A stretch of 23,320 bases of DNA, from the NCBI GenBank assembly GCA_041946805.1, contig JBHGBC010000093.1, positions 1 through 23,320 on the forward strand. Direction: 5' to 3'. The notes under the pieces were generated by a model, which searched no databases, was not told the origin of the DNA, and saw only the letters and a list, made by a program, of their open reading frames with translations. The stretch comes from a bacterium. GTDB taxonomy: Bacteria; Hinthialibacterota; Hinthialibacteria; Hinthialibacterales; Hinthialibacteraceae. A program made the translations under genes and the position numbers. Shown piece after piece: positions 8,311 through 17,246 of the stretch. Positions within the stretch are counted from its first letter, which is position 1; each line of letters begins with the position of its first letter.

Positions 8311-9879
8311 ATGTATAACAAAAAGTTTTTATTATTACTAGCAGTCCTTTGTTACCACACAACTGTCCAAGCAAGCGAAAATCAACAACAAGTCAACAAA
8401 TTATCCGCAGAGGACCGCTTTGAGCGGAATCGATTGAAGCTTCAACAAGAAAGTGATCCCGAAGTCCTCGTTAAGGCCGCGCAAGACCTTGTCAATTTTG
8501 TCCATCTGAGCCCCACACCGGAAGAACTCATAAACAGCCTTGACCAACAAATCTCCAACCTGATAGGGAAGAATATGAAAATTTACCAAGATCTGGCCCT
8601 GGTCAAGGCAAACATCTTGGCACGGATTGGCCGTTGGAATGAAGCCAAAACTCTCTTTGAAACTGCGATCCAGGAAAAATGGCCCCAATCGCTACAATCC
8701 TACCTGGATTGCATGACCGCCACCGGACGAAACCGGGAAAGAGCCATTGAAGAGTTCAACCGGTGTGTGGATACGCCTTCCTACCTGGATTATCGGGGAC
8801 GACGGGAAGATCTGAGCGTATTCATGACGATACTACTTTTCGCCCGGAAGGACGATCCTGATTTTCGAGCTGTACAAGATGTGTTTCCCAACCTGATCTT
8901 CAATGACAAAAATCCGTATTTATTAGAATTGTCACACGCAATCTGTTTGATTACAGATGATAATTATGAGGAAGGCATTGCCCGTTTCCAATCGATTGAA
9001 TCCGCCTTGCGGGAAGCCAACACTGGTGATCCAGTATATAAGGATATCCCTCTTTTCATTGCTTGGGCTTTATTTAATGAAGGCAAGAATTACGATCAAG
9101 CCCGGGAATGGCTACGCATCTTTCAAGAACGTAATCAAGAAGACTTAGGACACGTCCTCGGCCGTATTCTACGCATTGCATACTATTTCGAACGGTACGC
9201 GGATTTGCGTTACAAGATCGTAGAGGTCACCGCATTTCTTCTCGATAACCTTATGTTCACCAATCCAGAAATCCGGTCTAAGTTGAATGCGGAAGTCCAA
9301 AGCAATACGAAAATGAAGGCCAAAATGCCCTCCGACCTGTATGCCCATGTTCTTGAACTGCATGCGCATAGTCTCTCGTGGAAATTCGATTGGCCGAACG
9401 CGGTAAAAATCTGGGATGAGATCATCGAGGATTATTACCCGCATACGATCACTGGAGCCAGCGCCATGATGAGCAAAATCGTGTACCTGGCTTCTTCCAA
9501 CAATGTAGAGGGTGGAGATATCGGAAGTGCTTTGGCGTTGTTGGATCATCTTTTAGAGAATGCACCCTATGACGAAATCATTTTTCATGCCCTCCGCCTA
9601 AAAGCGAAATACAAAGGGATGTCAGGTGAATATAATGAATCCTTGTCCATTCTTCAACAGCTATATGATTGGATACCACCCAATCCGACGCCTGAACAAA
9701 AAGAGTGTCTTGAAAAAGCAAAACGGATGGAGGAAAATATCTACAAATCCATGGAGTATCAACGCATGGCCGATGAAAATAGGATGCGGCGGGAACGTTT
9801 TCGGAATATGACCCAAGAAGAAAGAATGAAAGAAGCCCTGGAAGCCGCGCGGAAACGAAAGAGTGGGGGATCCCAGTGA
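8311..9879 (+). CDS. Exported TPR-like alpha-solenoid protein
   Basis: Signal peptide MYNKKFLLLLAVLCYHTTVQA, TPR-like helices (KANILARIGRWNEAKTLFETAI; KAKYKGMSGEYNESLSILQQL) and a charged C-terminal helix. Confidence 0.8.
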   Translation: MYNKKFLLLLAVLCYHTTVQASENQQQVNKLSAEDRFERNRLKLQQESDPEVLVKAAQDLVNFVHLSPTPEELINSLDQQISNLIGKNMKIYQDLALVKANILARIGRWNEAKTLFETAIQEKWPQSLQSYLDCMTATGRNRERAIEEFNRCVDTPSYLDYRGRREDLSVFMTILLFARKDDPDFRAVQDVFPNLIFNDKNPYLLELSHAICLITDDNYEEGIARFQSIESALREANTGDPVYKDIPLFIAWALFNEGKNYDQAREWLRIFQERNQEDLGHVLGRILRIAYYFERYADLRYKIVEVTAFLLDNLMFTNPEIRSKLNAEVQSNTKMKAKMPSDLYAHVLELHAHSLSWKFDWPNAVKIWDEIIEDYYPHTITGASAMMSKIVYLASSNNVEGGDIGSALALLDHLLENAPYDEIIFHALRLKAKYKGMSGEYNESLSILQQLYDWIPPNPTPEQKECLEKAKRMEENIYKSMEYQRMADENRMRRERFRNMTQEERMKEALEAARKRKSGGSQ

Positions 9880-11210
9880 AAAGGGGGTGTGTAATCATGC
9901 AAAACGCAATATCGAAGTCAAAATTTAGAATCACCATACGGTTTGTATCGATTCCAGGATGCCTGATCCTCCTCTCACTCTCCATTATGTCTGGTCAATC
10001 TTGTCCTCCGCCTCCGGAATGCGAGACTCCTGGACGATATGTTTTATGGGCGAAACGTAATTCGGCTGTCATCGCGCAAACCGAATTGGGACAAAGCGTT
10101 TATCTGGACTCTTACTCATCACAATCTGACCGGGTGATTAAGTATGAATTGGTCTCACAAGTTTATAAGGATGGGCAATGGCAAATATGGTATTATGACC
10201 TGGCGGATTGTGGCACCTGCAATGTAAAACCTTGCACTTTCTCACGAAGTGGAGGATCAATCACTTCGTCTGGAAATAATTATATCATGGTGAGTTACGA
10301 TTCCTCTCCGCTAGCAGGATACGTGCGGGGAACACACAATGGCTGGGAATGCTACAAAACGCAGTATGGCGGTTATATCATCCCCGGCGGTTCGCAGATC
10401 AACATGAATGTCTACGTAGTTAAGGTAACAATTCTAGGCGCGGATATTCCCGATGATCTCATTTCGGTACAGTTACAACCTTCCGGATTAACCGGTTTCA
10501 TGGAACTCGCCCTGGATGGGGATACCTGGCATTTGATCCGGCAAGTGTCCCGTTCATCGGGAATCCATTCGGAATCCTTCGACATCCCCAACCTTCCGGA
10601 AGGAGAATTTGATTTTGTCTATGCCTCTTGGTGTCTGGAGGGAGAATATTTGTTTGATGACTTGTTAGATTATCACATTCGCGTTTTAGGGACTTATAAC
10701 AATACTCGCTATAACATACCTTATGAATCAGACTGTACAGGTTCTATTTTGTCTTTTTATTTTACAAGTGGCAATTGTTCTCCTACGCCACCCTGCAATT
10801 GGAACTCAGGTCCAGGTAGAAGTGGATGGTTGGAAGAAACAAAAGAAAATGGCAGTGGGAAAGGTGCTTCCGGAAATTATTATGCTCTTGAATGGGATTG
10901 CGACCGTGGTTTAACTTATGAATTTAGAAAAATTCCAACTGAAGGTTGTCCATCTTGTGTTGGCGAAGCTTTAATTAAAGATAAGACGGTTGCACGTTAT
11001 AAATATCATACTAATTTGCAATGTGGCGATTATGTTTTTGTGCATACGGTTGGAGTCCGGAAAGTAACGGATCAGGGATCTGGCTCATCAGGCTGGTCAG
11101 AATACGAGAAACAACATTGGTTGGATCATTATGATGGTTGCAGTGGATGCAACAAACCAATAAGTATTGGTAATAAAAAAGTTATTCTTCTGTATGGTTA
11201 TTCAGAATAG
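9876..11210 (+). CDS. Cys-rich exported protein with a C-terminal 3D/MltA-like domain (putative peptidoglycan-lytic effector)
   Basis: GTGA overlap with the upstream stop (alternative start ATG 9897) and a hydrophobic signal region. The C-terminus has TRYNIPYESD...ENGSG...TVA...GDYVFVHTVGVRKVTDQGSG...WLDHYDG, matching the 3D-domain pattern. Confidence 0.7.
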   Translation: MKRGCVIMQNAISKSKFRITIRFVSIPGCLILLSLSIMSGQSCPPPPECETPGRYVLWAKRNSAVIAQTELGQSVYLDSYSSQSDRVIKYELVSQVYKDGQWQIWYYDLADCGTCNVKPCTFSRSGGSITSSGNNYIMVSYDSSPLAGYVRGTHNGWECYKTQYGGYIIPGGSQINMNVYVVKVTILGADIPDDLISVQLQPSGLTGFMELALDGDTWHLIRQVSRSSGIHSESFDIPNLPEGEFDFVYASWCLEGEYLFDDLLDYHIRVLGTYNNTRYNIPYESDCTGSILSFYFTSGNCSPTPPCNWNSGPGRSGWLEETKENGSGKGASGNYYALEWDCDRGLTYEFRKIPTEGCPSCVGEALIKDKTVARYKYHTNLQCGDYVFVHTVGVRKVTDQGSGSSGWSEYEKQHWLDHYDGCSGCNKPISIGNKKVILLYGYSE

Positions 11211-11225
11211 ATAAGGAGAGTTATA

Positions 11226-12173
11226 ATGCTAAATCTTAGCATGTCTTTTATTCAAATTGCTATTATTATTTTCAACCCCATGGCCATTACCATGGAGGAA
11301 TCTTCTTCCTACGTCAGCCCCAATTTCAAACTCGAGAACGATCAATTTGAAATCATTTCGATACAAGTAACCCCCTTGGAAGATTTAGGAAAATATGTGA
11401 AAGATGTCAAAATTGAGGTTCAAAACAAAATTGATCAAAAAATATTTCAAATCAAGTATCAGAACGCATTTCAAGATCTATATCGGGCCGAAATGGTTGA
11501 TCAAAACCTGTTGCTGGTGTTCGCCAATCTTCCCCGGGACGGCGGGTGTATAACGATATGCGATATCCAGAAAGAAAAATGGATTGAAACGCTCCGTTGC
11601 CATAAATATGATTTCTCTCCTTCCCGGAACTATTTGATCTATGAGACCTGGTACCCCCGGCTTGCTCCTCCCGATGCCCGCAAATCGATTCTCATGCTCT
11701 ACGATTTCAGCCGCAGTGAAGAAAACAAGCCGATAATGAATTCATTATCCGATTATCCACCGATGGCTGCCGGCTGGCCTCTATTTCCCGAAGAATCCGC
11801 TGCCTTGCAATCCTCCGATATTTCATTGCTCTCGGATTATTCAATTCTCTCTCCTTTTTTATGGTCATCTGGGGAAAAGGAATTCATTTTTTTTACTTAT
11901 GATGAATCGATCCGTGAAAATTTCATTGTCCGGATTGATTTGAACGATGGAATCGATCATCCCCGGATTAAAAGAAAGCCGATTGACGTTGATTCACTGA
12001 TTCACTGGGACCGAATGAGAGATAGCACCCGAAATGAATTTATGAAAAGACCATTCCGGTTTTTTGTGCGGGAAATGAAATGGATCGATTCAGATCATAT
12101 TGAAGCAATCCCTGTAGTCGAAGAGGATTGGTTAAAGGAGAAATATGAATTCGAGGTGCCAAGAATTGAATAA
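11226..12173 (+). CDS. Exported hypothetical protein, putative immunity/inhibitor (paralogue 1)
   Basis: AAGGAGAG RBS, starts 15 bp after the effector stop, hydrophobic N-terminus, clear paralogue of 12386-13336. The function is inferred from context. Confidence 0.75.
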   Translation: MLNLSMSFIQIAIIIFNPMAITMEESSSYVSPNFKLENDQFEIISIQVTPLEDLGKYVKDVKIEVQNKIDQKIFQIKYQNAFQDLYRAEMVDQNLLLVFANLPRDGGCITICDIQKEKWIETLRCHKYDFSPSRNYLIYETWYPRLAPPDARKSILMLYDFSRSEENKPIMNSLSDYPPMAAGWPLFPEESAALQSSDISLLSDYSILSPFLWSSGEKEFIFFTYDESIRENFIVRIDLNDGIDHPRIKRKPIDVDSLIHWDRMRDSTRNEFMKRPFRFFVREMKWIDSDHIEAIPVVEEDWLKEKYEFEVPRIE

Positions 12174-12367
12174 ATGCAACTATCTAATCGATCGCTGATA
12201 AAGGATGCCTTTTGCCCTTCCACGGCTTCCCTCACCCCGGCCCTCGCCCAGAGGGGAAGGGGAGTAATTACTATTGTTTTATCTTTCCCAAAGCTTACGC
12301 CCTGGGCTGCATTCTTGGCGCGCCGTTGGCGCTCAAAAGCAGCACTGCAAACCGGTAAGTAGTTACA
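12174..12367 (+). repeat. Composite MITE/attC-like element, long subtype (copy A)
   Basis: Imperfect inverted ends tgcaactatcta...taagtagttaca, an internal CCCTCACCC REP and a CCCA..GCT.ACGCCCTGGG hairpin. Collinear with 14511-14697. Confidence 0.8.
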
Positions 12368-12385
12368 AAAAAGAGGTGTTGTGCC

Positions 12386-13336
12386 ATGAAACAAACTACA
12401 TATAGAAAGCTAATTACCACTTTAATGATCTGCTTTTTCGAGTTTAATGGTTCAGCGCAGCCAGATAAAAAATTACATATTGATATGCAATTTAATAATT
12501 ATCGGATCTCAGGATTATTGGAGCAAAAAGAAAAGAAAGGTTCCGATATAATTCAATTGAAGGCATTGCAAGTATATAATGCGATCCAGGATGCCACAAA
12601 AACGGTTCAATTGCCTTATTCTTTAATACAAATATATCAACAATTCGTAACATATAACGATTTGTTTTTTCTTCAAGGCGAAATCGCACCCCTTATTGAG
12701 ATCAATTATATTATATCCCTTGAAAAGGGGTGTATAGGAGATTTTTTTGTGTCAAATTATGTTATTCCTTCACCCTTTCATAATTATATTGTTTATCAAA
12801 CATCTTTCCCTCGAATGGCTCCTCCTGAATTCAAGTGTTCTTATCTCATGATTTATGACTTCAAAAAACTTGATGACCCGAAACCGATTCATACAACGAA
12901 TCGAGAATTTCCCCCTACGACCGTGGGCTGGCCTCTTTATCCCCCTGAATATGTGATTGCTCAGGAACATTCAGCCCAAATACAGGATGTCCATATCAAT
13001 CCCCTTATCTGGGCTCCTGACGAAAAGGGGATTATTTTTATCAGTTGGACCGATGATCCATGTGAATATTTTTTGGTTTCGATTGATATTTCTCAGGGTG
13101 TCGAAAGGTTATTGATCCGGCAAAAGAAAATTGATGTACTCGGTTTAAGCAAATGGGGCAAAATGCATGAACGGACCAAGCAGTCCTATGACAAAAATTG
13201 CTTGCCTTTTTCGGTTAGAAAACTGGAATGGGTGGATGAAAAAACAATATGTTTGCACATGGATCCTTCTCGTTCGTTATTATTTGATAAAACTATTATA
13301 CTATCCTTGGAGGATATGGAAACTGTCTTGGAATAA
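12386..13336 (+). CDS. Exported hypothetical protein, putative immunity/inhibitor (paralogue 2)
   Basis: GAGG RBS and signal peptide. Shares SP..NY..Y.T..PR.APP....S.LM.YDF, PP...GWPL.P.E, P..W...EK..IF, ID...G, IDV..L..W..M and F.VR...W.D with paralogue 1. Confidence 0.75.
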   Translation: MKQTTYRKLITTLMICFFEFNGSAQPDKKLHIDMQFNNYRISGLLEQKEKKGSDIIQLKALQVYNAIQDATKTVQLPYSLIQIYQQFVTYNDLFFLQGEIAPLIEINYIISLEKGCIGDFFVSNYVIPSPFHNYIVYQTSFPRMAPPEFKCSYLMIYDFKKLDDPKPIHTTNREFPPTTVGWPLYPPEYVIAQEHSAQIQDVHINPLIWAPDEKGIIFISWTDDPCEYFLVSIDISQGVERLLIRQKKIDVLGLSKWGKMHERTKQSYDKNCLPFSVRKLEWVDEKTICLHMDPSRSLLFDKTIILSLEDMETVLE

Positions 13337-13376
13337 TTGGTTGCAAGATTTCACACGATTCCAGGAGAGAAATATG

Positions 13377-13488
13377 TTTCGCACTTCCACGGCTTCCCTC
13401 ACCTTAACCCTCTTCCAAAGGGAGAGGGAATGGTTTAGCGCTCCCATTTAAGAATTGAGAAAGTTCTGCATTCGGGTAAATAGTTACA
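13377..13488 (+). repeat. Composite MITE/attC-like element, short subtype (copy B)
   Basis: ttccacggcttccctcacc...gggagaggg...gagaaagttctgcattcgggtaaatagttaca. The 3' 32 bp differ at one position from copy D. The left end is unclear. Confidence 0.75.
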
Positions 13489-13524
13489 AGACATTTCAAC
13501 AGTCCGCATAGCGAGGTTCTTCCA

Positions 13525-14469
13525 ATGAGCAAAATATTCATCCCTATTCTATTTGGCCTTCTACTAGCCTACCCCTTCCCTTCTCGCGCGGATTCGGAAT
13601 TCATCCAAGTCTTAACGTACTCCTTGCCCGATGAACCGAATCCGGCGACCGTGGACTACAGCCGTCAGGCTTTCTTTTTGGAATTCGTGAATCCTCAAAT
13701 CCTCTCCGTCTATCTCCCCTTTTATTATGAAGAAATGGCCTATGCCGCCGTGGATCATGTTTTTCAGGTGGATTGGAACCTGACAGATCATTCCTACAAA
13801 TTGTTGAAACCGGACACTTTGCCCGTCGGGGATCATCCATTGGAAATCAATCGCGAATCGAATTCCATCCGCTTGAATGAACATGAATTGTCTCTTGAGA
13901 TCAATCCCGGCGCTTATCCCATCCTCGCGATTCTATCCCCCGATAAAACCTGTATCGGCGGAGTACTAAAGCAAGATGGGGATTTTTTCACCTATGCGGA
14001 CATCCCGGTCCTTTGGAGCGCGTCAACCGGACGATTCATCCACAACTCCACCCAAAGTTACAGTTACGGCCATGCATCAGAAAATCAATTCTCCAGGGAT
14101 GGACGCTATTTTTATTCCCGTGGAAACCGGAACCACTCCTTCGGCAAACCCCTCTCTTCCCATGAATACCGTATGATTCTCGATGTCTGGATGATTGATA
14201 CCCAAACCAGGGAACCCATTGACGCCTCGGCGGATGTCGCCTTCACATCGGACCTCCGCTATTTCCTCACAGAAAGAGGTAAAGTCCCCACCTTAGTTGA
14301 TGCGGAAACTCATCAATCCATTCAGCGCTATGATTTGGGTGGATTGCGAATGACCGCGGCAGTTTTCTCGGACGACAACCAATACCTCTACATCGCCGGG
14401 GAGGACAATAACATCTACGTCTTCCCCAGCCAACTCCCATCCGCGGTGAGTGATTGGGAAAACAATTGA
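13525..14469 (+). CDS. Exported WD40/beta-propeller-like protein with C-terminal SAVSDWENN tail
   Basis: Signal peptide ending ...PSRA, and blade motifs LSPDKTCI, FSRDGRYF, FTSDLRYF, FSDDNQYLYIAGEDNNIYVF. Confidence 0.8.
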   Translation: MSKIFIPILFGLLLAYPFPSRADSEFIQVLTYSLPDEPNPATVDYSRQAFFLEFVNPQILSVYLPFYYEEMAYAAVDHVFQVDWNLTDHSYKLLKPDTLPVGDHPLEINRESNSIRLNEHELSLEINPGAYPILAILSPDKTCIGGVLKQDGDFFTYADIPVLWSASTGRFIHNSTQSYSYGHASENQFSRDGRYFYSRGNRNHSFGKPLSSHEYRMILDVWMIDTQTREPIDASADVAFTSDLRYFLTERGKVPTLVDAETHQSIQRYDLGGLRMTAAVFSDDNQYLYIAGEDNNIYVFPSQLPSAVSDWENN

Positions 14470-14510
14470 ACTTCTATCCTAAGTGATCCTGAATTACAAA
14501 GGCAATATCC

Positions 14511-14697
14511 ATGTAACCGATTGCACTGTTATAGAGGATGAATTGCACCCTTTCACGGCTTCCCTCACCCTGGCCCTCTACCAAAGGGAGAGGGGATTAA
14601 TTACTTTTGTTTTATCTTTCCCAGGGCTGACGCCCTGGGCTAGGCTCATGCCGCGCCGTTGGCGCTCGAAAAATTTTCTGCAACCCGGTAAATAATA
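14511..14697 (+). repeat. Composite MITE/attC-like element, long subtype (copy C)
   Basis: Begins atgtaacc and is collinear with copy A for about 160 bp. The right end is degenerate (ccggtaaataata). Confidence 0.8.
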
Positions 14698-14850
14698 AAG
14701 ATAAACAGAGTCCGATCATTCAGCGCGTATCGCGTCAGCTATTTTGCGCTGATTTTTCCTCCTCTCCCCGATTACCCCCTCATTTCCGCGGCTTCTTCCC
14801 CATATAGAGAAGGAATTTTTGCATCCCCTGATTTCCCGCAGGAGGAAACC

Positions 14851-16158
14851 ATGTGGCCCCGAATCCGCAACTGGTTCGCCAAGCCGTCATCCCCTGAAGG
14901 TCCCGCCCGCGCGCGCAAAGTGGCCTGGGCCACTCCATCCACACTGCCCGCCTCGCCCCGTTCGCGCCCTCTGTACGAAGGCTCCCTCTCCCTCTTCGGC
15001 CCGGACGGCGGTTATTGGCCGCCCCAGGGACTCGACCCGCGCATCCTGTTCCCGTTTCTCCGGCGGCTGCGCGATTACATCCCCGACGTCTCGGCCGGCG
15101 TGTGGGCGTGGGTGCGGCTGTGCTCGACGCCCCAATCCTGCTCGCTCTCCGAAGGCTCCGAGGCCGAGCAGGCGCGCGCCCGCGCGGTCCTGGACGCCCT
15201 GGACCGCCGCCTCGTGGATCTCCCCACCGGGCAGGACCACGGCGTGGAAGCCCTGGTGCAATGCTTCTTCCTCTCGGTGTTCACCTACGGCGCGTTTTGC
15301 GGCGAGGTGGTGCTGGAGGATTCCCGCCGGCAAATCGACCGCTTCCTGATCATCGATCCCGCGACCATCCGCTTCCGCCCGGATGTCCAGACCCGCCGGT
15401 TTCTCCCTTTCCAGATCCAGGACGACGGGACCCTGACGCCCCTGCATCCCGCCTCGTTCTTTTATTTCGGCCTGGACACGGACGGTCTTTCCCCCTACGG
15501 CCGCTCGCCGCTCCTGGCCTTGCCCCTGGTGGTGAAACTGCAACAGCAGATGCTGCGCGACATGGCCCGCGCCCAACACAACGCCGGCTACCCGATGGTT
15601 CATTTCCAGATGGAAAAACCCGCGCCCGGCATCCGTGAACAACCGGGAAACTACAACGCCCGCCTGCAGGAAGAACTGGAAGCCCTGCGCGCCGAAGTGC
15701 GCGGCCGCGAGGCCGACAGCAACTTGGTCACCTACGACAACGTGCGCGTGAGCTACATCGGGCCGGATGGGTACTCGCATCAGTGGCAAGAGAGTCTGCA
15801 GGCGATCGGAGAGCAAGTGATCTCCGCCCTGCACCTCGCGCCCTTCATGATCGGCCGCAACTGGGGAACCACGGAATCGTGGGGCACGGCGCAATACCAA
15901 CTGCTCACCAACAACGCCCGCACGGTGCAAGAAGGAGCCAAGCGGCTGGCCGAATGGCTCCGCAACCTGGAACTGACGCTGCAAGGCTCGCCGCTGAGCG
16001 TCCGGCATCACTTCGCGCCGCATCACCACCTCGACGCGGACGGCCGCGCGCGGGCGCTGCAAACCATGGCCAACACCCTGGTGACGCTGACGGAGAAAGG
16101 ACTGCTCGATCCCGCCGCCGCCCGCCAGCGCATCGAAACGCTGTTAAGGTTTTATTGA
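14851..16158 (+). CDS. Phage portal-like protein (orphan)
   Basis: AGGAGG RBS, 435 aa. Portal-type motif order: LRDYIPDVSAGVWAWVRL, FTYGAFCGEVV, IIDPATIRF, SPYGRSPLLAL, NAGYP, EQVISALHLAPFMIG..WGTTES. Confidence 0.75.
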   Translation: MWPRIRNWFAKPSSPEGPARARKVAWATPSTLPASPRSRPLYEGSLSLFGPDGGYWPPQGLDPRILFPFLRRLRDYIPDVSAGVWAWVRLCSTPQSCSLSEGSEAEQARARAVLDALDRRLVDLPTGQDHGVEALVQCFFLSVFTYGAFCGEVVLEDSRRQIDRFLIIDPATIRFRPDVQTRRFLPFQIQDDGTLTPLHPASFFYFGLDTDGLSPYGRSPLLALPLVVKLQQQMLRDMARAQHNAGYPMVHFQMEKPAPGIREQPGNYNARLQEELEALRAEVRGREADSNLVTYDNVRVSYIGPDGYSHQWQESLQAIGEQVISALHLAPFMIGRNWGTTESWGTAQYQLLTNNARTVQEGAKRLAEWLRNLELTLQGSPLSVRHHFAPHHHLDADGRARALQTMANTLVTLTEKGLLDPAAARQRIETLLRFY

Positions 16159-17136
16159 TTACCGCACCATCCAATCGGCCACGGCGGCTTGCGCGGGCAG
16201 CAGGATGAGTCCCGTCAACTCGGCGCTGCTGTCCCAATTGCCGGCCCGGCCGGTGGTGTTCTGCTGATGCTCGCGCGTGGGGGGAATGTCATACACATCC
16301 GCGTCGTTCTGCTGGGGGCTGAGACCGATCACGTCGTTCGCCTTCAGCTGGTGAATCACGTTGAGGGAATCCGCGAAGAAATCCTTATAGCCGTTATCGA
16401 TGTTGGCTTGGTCCGCCGTATCGATCCCCACGGTGGTGGTATTGAACATCTGGTCGAAGACCACGATCTTGAATTCCCAATTCCACTCCACGGCCGATTC
16501 GGCCCACATCGCGGGATTGGCGCCGGTGGCCCGCAGCATCGCGGCCGACTGGACATAATCGTCATTGAGATTGTACGGCATGCCCGAGGGGGTGATGCTG
16601 CCGTCGATGGCTTCCAGCACGGGGACCGAAATGAACTGCGAACTCACCGGAACGTCCGCCAAACCCACGGGCGCGTCATCGAGCGTGTTGGGCAGGTCGA
16701 AGGTGTACTGGGTGTGAAATTCGGAATTCTCCCCGTGGGTGGCTTCACCTGTGTTGAGCCCGTTGAGGATCAGCTCCATGCGCTCGTTCTGCCACCCGCT
16801 GTCGCCCGCCGAGGATCCCCGGCCGAGCACGTTGACGAACACGTCGTCCTTGATGTTGAACGCAAAATAAAGCGCATTGGTCTGTTGGTCCCAGGCCACT
16901 TTCATGGTGATATCCAGGTCGCCCGGCTCCGTGGCCGCGGGACTGTCCCCGCTGCCGGTGACGGCCACGGCCGGCACATTGGCCCAGGCCGCGTCGTCAA
17001 GTTTCCCGTCGATGACCGGCGTGGTGGCGAGTTCCGGCGCGTTCAGGGTATTGACATTCACGCTCGTGTCCTGCGCGAACGCCGGCATTCCCGCCAAACC
17101 GGCCACAAACCAAGCCAAAATTATCTGTTTATTCAT
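16159..17136 (-). CDS. Exported CBM9-like (DOMON-like sugar-binding) protein with C-terminal AAVADWMVR tail (325 aa)
   Basis: AAAGGAG RBS before ATG 17136 and signal peptide ending ...PAFA. Motifs PVIDGKLDDAAW, MKVAWD...ALYFAFNIKDD, W.NERMEL, IGLSPQQNDAD. Confidence 0.82.
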   Translation of the reverse strand: MNKQIILAWFVAGLAGMPAFAQDTSVNVNTLNAPELATTPVIDGKLDDAAWANVPAVAVTGSGDSPAATEPGDLDITMKVAWDQQTNALYFAFNIKDDVFVNVLGRGSSAGDSGWQNERMELILNGLNTGEATHGENSEFHTQYTFDLPNTLDDAPVGLADVPVSSQFISVPVLEAIDGSITPSGMPYNLNDDYVQSAAMLRATGANPAMWAESAVEWNWEFKIVVFDQMFNTTTVGIDTADQANIDNGYKDFFADSLNVIHQLKANDVIGLSPQQNDADVYDIPPTREHQQNTTGRAGNWDSSAELTGLILLPAQAAVADWMVR

Positions 17137-17246
17137 GTACTGGCTCCTTTCAATATGAATACCGTCACGATATCCCCTTTTGGCCATCAATCAATGCCGC
17201 CCCCCCGCCTCCTTCCGGCCATCCATTTGGATTCGAAAAACATGTA

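Noticed and set aside
12174..14695. Similar small ORFs 12174-12362 and 14483-14695 (also 3710-3925, 311-550 and the N-terminus of 20912-21334)
   Set aside because: Their similarity (TASLTLAL..RERG, PHPGPLPEGEG) is simply the translation of the DNA repeat. There is no independent coding evidence.
14720..14757. Possible terminator tcagcgc...gcgctga-ttttt before the portal gene
   Set aside because: The loop is about 19 nt and the stem is short, too weak to call.
14851..16158. Prophage call around the portal gene
   Set aside because: No other phage genes, att sites or integrase are visible.
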